Shown here: positions 57,578-64,000 of the stretch, one piece after another | Layout: each line of letters opens with the position of its first letter | How positions within the stretch are numbered: position 1 is the stretch's first letter | DNA from: an uncultured delta proteobacterium | Lineage (GTDB): Bacteria > Desulfobacterota > Desulfobacteria > Desulfobacterales > SpSt-501 | NCBI GenBank assembly: GCA_963785045.1 | Contig: CAWAUC010000020.1 | Span: 277,661 to 341,660 of the forward strand | DNA: 64,000 nt | Reading direction: 5' to 3' | Made by a program: the position numbers and the translations under genes | Notes under the pieces: model-generated | Told to the model about the DNA's origin: nothing | The model's database searches: none | The model's input: the letters and a program-made list of their open reading frames with translations, nothing else

Positions 57578-57629
57578 GAGAAGATCCTGTTTTCTAAATT
57601 GGGTTGGATGTAATCATGTCAAAATGTGA

Positions 57630-58949
57630 TTGTGTTTTTGCCGGAATAATCATGAATTTGAGAATCATCCGGATCTAATATCAGATTTCGCAACCGGAAG
57701 AGTTACTATCTTTGTAGGCTCCGGAATAAGCACCGAGTCCAGGAATGTTTTGAAATTTACGCTCTACGATGATGTTGCTGCAGAATTAAATTTAGCAGGT
57801 AGCCCTCCCTCTTTCCCTGATTTAATGGAGCAGTATTCTGCCCAACCAAATGGACGGTTAAAGCTCCTTTCAAAGATTAGGGATCGATTTAAGCATATTA
57901 ATTCATTTCCTGAACTTAAAAACATTGCAACAAGGTTCCACCGTGAATTATCAACACTGTATCTCGTAAATACTATAGTTACGACTAATTGGGATATGTA
58001 CTTTGAAGAATGTTGTGCGGCAACACCTTTCGTCTCGGACCAAGATCTCGCTTTTTGGGAAAACGAAGATCGAAGAGTTTTAAAAATCCATGGGTCCATA
58101 AACAACTACGGATCTATAGTAGCCACCGCATCAGATTATTCAAAATGCCAACAGCGATTGAATTCCGGCTTAATTGGCGGGATTTTAAAGGGTTTGTTTG
58201 CCACACAAACAATAGTATTTATAGGCTATTCTCTAAGCGATTCTGATTTTCTAAATATCTGGAAATTTGTTTCCGAACAAATGAAAGGTTTGCAAAGACA
58301 AGCATATGTTATTACACCGTTTGAAAATGAGAGAGATAAAATTCGAAGACTTGATCTCATCCCAATCATAACTGATGGTTCGTTCTTTATCTCACAATTA
58401 AAGGAACATTTTATTTCCAAAGGCCTTATGCTGGCAGACAGCATATATTCAGAAGCTGAGGAGTTGCTTTCAATTGTCACTGATCAACATAATGCTTTAT
58501 ATGATCACTACAAATGTTCGGATCACCCTCAATTGATAATTACTGCCTCTTATCAAGATGGAATGATCCATGCTCTTGAACGCCTAATCAACCTGAGAAG
58601 CACGGGTGAAAGCTCTCAGCCCTTTAGAATAAAGGGGGTTTTTAGGCCTTATGAGAAATGGAAAAAAGAAAAATTAAAGGAAAGGAAATACGAAGACGTC
58701 GCCTATATCGAAGGATACTTAAACGGATTGTTTTTTTTACTATTGACAGAAGAGGAAAAGGACGAATTTAAACATCCGCCTCTCTATTTCGCTTTTGGGG
58801 CAGATATTATTCCTGAGTTCAAAGATTTTAAAAAGATGATTAAGAAATTACCAGACCTGCATAAAGCTTCGTATTTAAGGTCAAAAAGAATGGTTAACAA
58901 ACTATCAGAAAGTGAGGGAATGGTTTTCCATCATCCTCCTTGGTTGTAA
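57630..58949 (+). CDS. SIR2-like (SIR2_2 type) NAD-utilising domain protein with unrecognised C-terminal half
   Basis: The SIR2_2 blocks are VTIFVGSGIS, IVTTNWDMYFEE (catalytic Asn position), VLKIHGSINNYGSIVATASDY (catalytic His position) and TIVFIGYSLSDSDF. Residues ~240-439 have no motif I recognise. The start is a TTG; an upstream ATG at 57616 would need a +1 indel in a T5 run. Confidence 0.8.
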   Translation: MCFCRNNHEFENHPDLISDFATGRVTIFVGSGISTESRNVLKFTLYDDVAAELNLAGSPPSFPDLMEQYSAQPNGRLKLLSKIRDRFKHINSFPELKNIATRFHRELSTLYLVNTIVTTNWDMYFEECCAATPFVSDQDLAFWENEDRRVLKIHGSINNYGSIVATASDYSKCQQRLNSGLIGGILKGLFATQTIVFIGYSLSDSDFLNIWKFVSEQMKGLQRQAYVITPFENERDKIRRLDLIPIITDGSFFISQLKEHFISKGLMLADSIYSEAEELLSIVTDQHNALYDHYKCSDHPQLIITASYQDGMIHALERLINLRSTGESSQPFRIKGVFRPYEKWKKEKLKERKYEDVAYIEGYLNGLFFLLLTEEEKDEFKHPPLYFAFGADIIPEFKDFKKMIKKLPDLHKASYLRSKRMVNKLSESEGMVFHHPPWL

Positions 58950-59049
58950 ACATAACCATTTCCTGCACCAGACCGGTGTTCCGCTGCCGCCACACACCGG
59001 CAGGTGAGAAATAGCGTTAGCCAAAAAAAATGACCGATAGAGGAAGAAT

Positions 59050-59313
59050 ATGCTATCGTTAATTATTAATGCCCCAAGGCTACAGGAGATCGAACGAGAT
59101 GCGCAGAGCTTTGAAAAAACATTCAGCACCGGTATTGGGAAAAATTTCGCGGTTAACAGTAACCTGTTCCAACATATCCATCCCGGCTGTAAAGTCGTAT
59201 TGCTTAGCAAAGACCGCAAACTTAGAGCCGAGGGTGAACTCATAAGACTTGTTGCGACCTATAAGTCAAAAAATGGAATTCAGAGATACGTTGTTCAATT
59301 AGGGGATTTCTGA
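59050..59313 (+). CDS. hypothetical 87-aa protein downstream of the SIR2 gene
   Basis: A good RBS (GAGGAAG, 6 nt spacing) precedes the ATG. It is on the same strand 100 nt after the SIR2 stop. No motif is recognised. The frame-shifted continuation (KVEYRSERLNRNGVAL...) suggests it may once have been longer. Confidence 0.5.
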   Translation: MLSLIINAPRLQEIERDAQSFEKTFSTGIGKNFAVNSNLFQHIHPGCKVVLLSKDRKLRAEGELIRLVATYKSKNGIQRYVVQLGDF

Positions 59314-59351
59314 AAGTTGAATATCGCTCGGAGCGCCTAAATCGGAACGGA

Positions 59352-60080
59352 GTGGCGCTTAAGGATGAACTAAACCCCGATAGCATGCCGCCAAAACAGA
59401 TCTCTAAACCTCACCGCTTACCAGAAGGCTTGTCGACCAAGCGCCATATCTCGTTAGCTGAGGGCGTCAGGAAGTATGAGATAATCAACCGTAATATCGA
59501 TCTGATACTTGCAATAAGGACGAAGATGTCGACATTCGCACTTATTTGACCTTACTGAGCAGATTCTGCAATGTTGACGTAACTCGGGACACTGAATTTC
59601 AGAAAAAATACTGTCGCTATTGGCGGCTATTTGGGGCTGGGTTAAGCCAGGACTTTCGTTTAGCATATTTCGAACTCATGGAAGGGTTAAAAGGCAGGGC
59701 CCTCCTGAGTATTCGGAAAGTAACTCTTATCCTTTCTAAGGTTCCAAGCAACAGCAGTGGCAGAAGGAATCCAGTTTTCTTTCGCCAGCAAACTTCTGCA
59801 TATGCTCGACCCCACAGACCGATTTATGAAGCATAGTTGCAACATTTTACCGATTTAGTGTTCCCAGTTTAACCAAGAGTTTTGAAGAGACTCCAGTCTT
59901 TTTATCTTTCTATATTTTCTGGTGGCGGAGTACAAAATGGTTATAACGACTCGGCTGCTTGAAAAGCCGATTGCAATCTTCCGAAACCACTTCTCAGTAT
60001 CGGACGAATATACGGATCAAAAGATAGTAGATACGCTCATTTGGCGCGTAATGGATCTTCAGAAAAAAGGCATCCTATGA
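59352..60080 (+). pseudogene. fragmented hypothetical gene (pieces in three frames)
   Basis: The collinear fragments are ...EGVRKYEIINRNIDLILAIRTK, then TEFQKKYCRYWRLFGAGLSQDFRLAYFELMEGLKG, then IQFSFASKLLHMLDP, then RPIY, then SIVATFYRFSVPSLTKSFEE, then MVITTRLLEKPIAIFRNHFSVSDEYTDQKIVDTLIWRVMDLQKKGIL. A hairpin follows at ~60100-60140. Confidence 0.4.
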
Positions 60081-60428
60081 CTTGTTCAGTGCACATCGCT
60101 AATAACCGCCTCAACCCGACCCAGTAACTTCGGCGGGTTATGCGTTTCTCTATTTTAAACTTGCACAACCATAGCATTCAGTGGATCGGTGCAACTTCCG
60201 GGACACCCATAAAAATATAAAATTAGCAGGTATAAAAGGAAGAATATATTTAATAGGATTCCCCGCTACAGGCCTACAAGAAACGGGCTCGCACCTGCCG
60301 GTGATAACGAACCGGAGCAATCTATAAAAAGTGACCACAATGACAGATCTGACTATCGGCTGCACCGGATCTCCGATGTACAAGGTTCCCGTCCTGTCTT
60401 AACGTTATGCATCCCATAGCGAGTATTG

Positions 60429-60740
60429 ATGATTGAAAGAATATTCCAACTATCCGAGAGCATTCGCTACGTCGCCGTCTACAAGGATGGTCAGCTCGAA
60501 TCGCGGTCAAAGTCGAATGCTTCGGACGCAAGCAGCTCAGAGAGCGATCGGTACGAGGAGTTGTTGGTCAACCCCACTTTGCTCAAACTGGCCATGCAGC
60601 GCGGCAACATCGACTGCGGTGGTCTGGAATATTTGCTCGTGCGGTACGGAAGCTTTTTTCAGTTCGTGCTGCTTGTAAGTTGGGGGCATGTGTCTGTGTG
60701 CATAGAGGCGGGTGCAGACCCAATTCAGATTGGTGCGTAG
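60429..60740 (+). CDS. conserved-looking hypothetical protein (103 aa)
   Basis: An intact ORF: MIERIFQLSESIRYVAVYKDGQLESRSK...YEELLVNPTLLKLAMQRGNIDCGGLEYLLVRYGSFFQFV. I cannot name the family. Confidence 0.5.
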   Translation: MIERIFQLSESIRYVAVYKDGQLESRSKSNASDASSSESDRYEELLVNPTLLKLAMQRGNIDCGGLEYLLVRYGSFFQFVLLVSWGHVSVCIEAGADPIQIGA

Positions 60741-60847
60741 GTCAAGGCCGTCGTGGCTGCCGAACGATGAGCATGACTTTTCATTCCAGCGGATGCCTCA
60801 CGGCGCCTCTGGATTCAGGCTTTGCCAATTCCATGAACACTTCTCTC

Positions 60848-61253
60848 ATGCGATCTAATCGTAGAAAGTTTCTACGCTGACATCTGGAATCGACACGACA
60901 AGTCGAAAATTCCTGCCTTGCTTTGTGAGAACTTCACTTTTCGCGGCTCCCTTGGCCAAGCCAAAGTCGGGCACGACGGCTTTGCGTCATACGTTGACTT
61001 CGTCCACACGGCCCTGGCCGATTACCGCTGCGACATACTCGACCTTGTTGTCGAGGGTTCCAAAGCGTTCGCCCGTATGCGCTTTTCTGGCATTCATCGG
61101 GGCGATTTTTTCGGTTACCAACCGACTGGTCAGCCTGTTGAATGGCTGGGATCTGCCCTCTTCACCTTCAACGGTGAGAAAGTTGCCGATTTGTGGGTTC
61201 TCGGTGACGTTCACGGATTGCTCCAGTTGCTCGAACGAAACGCCAACGGCTGA
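60848..61253 (+). pseudogene. SnoaL-like ester cyclase, frameshift just after the start codon
   Basis: ATG at 60848 (MRSN..) is in one frame. VESFYADIWNRHDKSKIPALLCENFTFRGSLG...GYQPTGQPVEWLGSALFTFNGEKVADLWVLGD follows in another frame with no in-frame canonical start. The ORF track uses a TTG at 60918. Confidence 0.6.
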
Positions 61254-61455
61254 CCTCTCAGTCACTCCCCCACCTGCATGCTGCGCTTGGAGCCGCCCTT
61301 CGCCTTTCGGGCTGCTACGGCCGGTTGACCTTTGGCCTTTAGTGGCCTGGGCGGCTGGAACGCGGTAAAGTCCATGCGCAGATTGCGAGATCATGTCAAA
61401 ATGGTTAGTTTGCTACAATTGACTTCCAGCCAATTACAAACGAAAGGGGAAACAA

Positions 61456-62973
61456 ATGAAACTCAGCTTCACGAAATGCCTTCTCTCGGTTGCTCTACCT
61501 TGCCTGTTATGGGCAACCACCCTGTACGCAGACGACCCGCCGCAAATGAAAATGACCACACCCATCGCGCCTGGCGTCATGGTTCCGAACAGGGTCGAAA
61601 CATCCATCGGTACCCTTAACTTGAACTACGGTTATCCCGATGACCCGACTACGCAGAAAGTCTATGACAACCTGGATGCCTCGCGAGCGCTACAGGCCTA
61701 CCTGCTGGCCATCCCGATAGTGAACCAGGCCGGCATGCGTGCCACGCTCCGCAAGTTCGGACCGGTAAACCAGACAGATGTGATCTGGGAAGACCTCGTG
61801 GATTCGAAAACCGTAGAACTGACGGCGAACGACAACACCGTCTACAGCTTCGTTTGGCTTGATACGAAGAAGGGGCCGCTGGTCGTGGAAGTTCCACCCA
61901 TGGTCCTGGGCCTCATTGATGACTTCTGGTATCGCTGGGTTGCCGACGTTGGTATCACAGGCGCAGACAAGGGCAAAGGCGGCAAGTATCTAATCCTGCC
62001 TCCGGGCTACAAGGGTAAAGTGCCGAAAGGGTATTTCGTTGTGCGGCCGAGTACCTATGGCAACTGGATGCCCTTCCGCTCCTTTCTAGTCCATGGCTCA
62101 ACCAAACCCGGCGTTGAGGCGGTCAAGAAACATCTGAAGATCTATCAGCTCTCCGATGCGGCCAATCCGCCCGAGATAAAGCTCGTCAATGCCTCCGGCA
62201 TTCCTTCGAACTTTGTCCCACCCGGCGACTACGCCTTCTGGGGTCTCCTGAACGAAGTCATTCAGGAGGAACCCAGCGGGGGAAGTGATCCCACCACGCT
62301 CGGTCTGTTTGCCTCCATCGGTATCGAAAAAGGAAAGCCCTTCAATCCGGATGATCGAATGAAAAAGATCCTGACGGACGCCGCGAATATCGGCGCTGTG
62401 ACCGCGCGGGCAATCGCCTTCAGAATTCGCGACAAGGACGCCTACTTCTATACAGGCAGCTCGTGGCGTCTGCCCTTCTTTGGCGGCTACAAGTTCGAGA
62501 GTTCACCCGGTGTGGCCAACCTGGACGGGGCCGCCTTCTTTTACTATATCGCCACCGGCGTCACACCGGCCATGGCGGAAAAAATGGTCGGCAAAGGTTC
62601 CCAGTATCCATGGTCCGCACAGGACGCGCACGGCAGCCCGTTCGCTGGAGGAAGCAACTACAAGTTGCACCTGCCGCCGAATATTCCGGTCAAAGACTTC
62701 TGGTCAGTCATCGTCTATGACAACCAGACACGCTCGATGATCCAAACCGACCAGCGCTTCCCCAGCATCAGCAGCCAGAACAAGGGTGTGCTCGTCAACA
62801 AGGACGGCTCGGTCGATGTCTATTTCGGCCCCAAAGCTCCAGCAGGCAAGGAAAGCAACTGGGTGCAGACGATCCCCGGCAAGGGCTGGTTCATGATTCT
62901 GCGCCTGTACGGGCCGCTTGAGCCCTGGTTCAACAAGACGTGGAGGCCGGGCGAGATTGAGTTGGTTAAATAG
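61456..62973 (+). CDS. secreted DUF1254/DUF1214 domain protein
   Basis: A signal peptide is followed by typical blocks: NDNTVYSFVWLDTKKGPLVVEVP, DDFWYRWVADVG, GGKYLILPPGYKG, KDFWSVIVYD, GWFMILRLYGP. Confidence 0.8.
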   Translation: MKLSFTKCLLSVALPCLLWATTLYADDPPQMKMTTPIAPGVMVPNRVETSIGTLNLNYGYPDDPTTQKVYDNLDASRALQAYLLAIPIVNQAGMRATLRKFGPVNQTDVIWEDLVDSKTVELTANDNTVYSFVWLDTKKGPLVVEVPPMVLGLIDDFWYRWVADVGITGADKGKGGKYLILPPGYKGKVPKGYFVVRPSTYGNWMPFRSFLVHGSTKPGVEAVKKHLKIYQLSDAANPPEIKLVNASGIPSNFVPPGDYAFWGLLNEVIQEEPSGGSDPTTLGLFASIGIEKGKPFNPDDRMKKILTDAANIGAVTARAIAFRIRDKDAYFYTGSSWRLPFFGGYKFESSPGVANLDGAAFFYYIATGVTPAMAEKMVGKGSQYPWSAQDAHGSPFAGGSNYKLHLPPNIPVKDFWSVIVYDNQTRSMIQTDQRFPSISSQNKGVLVNKDGSVDVYFGPKAPAGKESNWVQTIPGKGWFMILRLYGPLEPWFNKTWRPGEIELVK

Positions 62974-63345
62974 TGTCCATCCATAAACAGCATCTTTCGG
63001 TCCATGCCGGCGTTCTCGCTCTTCGCAATCCTCGGCAAAGCCTCACTTTGCCTGCGGTTGCGAAATCGCTGCGGCCTTGGCCTGAACCGCAATCCACCAT
63101 TTCTGGATGGGCACTAAATTGGAGCGTCGTCAGCTAACCGGTGGTTTAAGCGAATCGCGAGGACCGTGCGTCCCTTGAAACGGGTCGTTGGTTAAGAGAT
63201 GAAACCCTTAAAAATATGGAGGCCCCCATTCTCACCAAAATTAGGCCGCAAGAATCGGGTCGACTCCGACTTTCTTGAACATTAATTTATAAGCGCAAAA
63301 GCTTAGAGTTAGGGAAACGACCGACGACGATTAGGATAAAAGAAA

Positions 63346-64000
63346 TGACTGTATGGAAACAACTTATTGATGAAATAGACGGATTCACCAACGAGGTGCG
63401 CGACCTTCCCATATCCCGACACGTCACCCCGGCAGAAATCCGCTCCGAATTGGAGAACCGCTACAACTTCGACAAGCCCATCCCCCTTGAAACGCTCACG
63501 GCGGACGTCAGCCTACTGCTTCGCAACTGGAACCTGCACGTTACCCATCCACGGTATTTCGGTCTGTTCAACCCAAGCGTCCGACAGGCGGGTATCGTGG
63601 CTGATACGTTCGTCGCTCTTTACAATCCGCAGCTGGCGGCCTGGTCCCATGCACCAGCGGCCAATGAGATTGAACGCCTGACGCTGCACGCTTTCGCAAG
63701 AGCAATGGGCCATGACCCTGAAACCATGTTGGCGAATTTCACCAGCGGGGGTGCCGAAGCGAATCTTTCAGCGGTTCTTGCGGCACTGATCCAGCACTTT
63801 CCCGGTGCAGCGGAATTCGGACTGGCAGGTCTGCCGTTGCGCCCGGCCATCTATCTGACGAGCGAGAGCCATCATTCTTTTGTCAAAATCGCGCGCATGA
63901 CAGGGCTGGGTACAAATGCCTTGCATGAAATTGCAACCACGAAAGCCTATACCTTTGACGTTGAATCGCTGATTCAGCGAATCGAGGCTGATCGCAAAGC
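63346..64000 (+). CDS. PLP-dependent (group II-like) decarboxylase, 3' partial at window end
   Basis: My own translation from the ATG at 63346 is MTVWKQLIDEIDGF...HVTHPRYFGLFNPSVRQAGIVADTFVALYNPQLAAWSHAPAANEIE...FTSGGAEANLSAVLAA...YLTSESHHSFVKIARMTG. It is not in the ORF track because it runs off the window. Confidence 0.75.

Noticed and set aside
60100-60420. Minus-strand ORFs 60150-60383 and 60322-60531 in the AT-rich spacer.
   Set aside because: They have no motifs, and their composition is atypical of the coding regions here. The region looks like promoter or intergenic DNA upstream of the 60429 gene.

Overview
This is a 64-kb, GC-rich chromosomal segment from a Gram-negative bacterium. 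Gene content is reminiscent of Desulfobacterota or other Proteobacteria, but that is only a guess.

Most of the window is housekeeping and transport:
- ilvD plus a second IlvD/Edd paralog, metX-metW, and motA-motB with a sigma-28-type promoter.
- A Glu/Leu/Phe/Val dehydrogenase fused to a CBS pair, and a HAMP-SpoIIE phosphatase.
- trpD preceded by a WWW leader peptide and a terminator.
- EmrAB-like and RND efflux pumps, a polar amino-acid ABC system and a TRAP transporter.
- An M48/YbjQ operon.
- An 8-gene operon joining a peptide/opine-type ABC importer to split lysine-ketoglutarate-reductase-like and saccharopine-dehydrogenase-like genes and a PrpD-family gene.

Two patches of lower GC (judged by eye) look like decayed accessory islands.
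1. About 16.4-25.8 kb: a thiC remnant, RHH-PIN and HEPN-MNT toxin-antitoxin pairs, a solitary type I-E-like CRISPR repeat, several frameshifted genes (AAA ATPase, cas4, DUF1016, four-helix-bundle, DinB) and an intact EmrAB pair.
2. About 54.3-61.4 kb: a 154-nt inverted-repeat structured element, BrnT/BrnA, PhzF, a dead ISL3 element with 8-bp target duplications, a stand-alone SIR2-type NADase gene with an unrecognised C-terminal half, small or fragmented ORFs, and a frameshifted ester cyclase.

A roughly 200-bp MITE-like repeat with 13-bp terminal inverted repeats occurs four times in intergenic DNA, plus one solo end.

The candidates I consider most worth follow-up are the SIR2 locus, the trp attenuator, the repeat family, and the ABC-LKR/PrpD/SDH operon. 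All calls come from reading the sequence and the ORF track. No database search was run.
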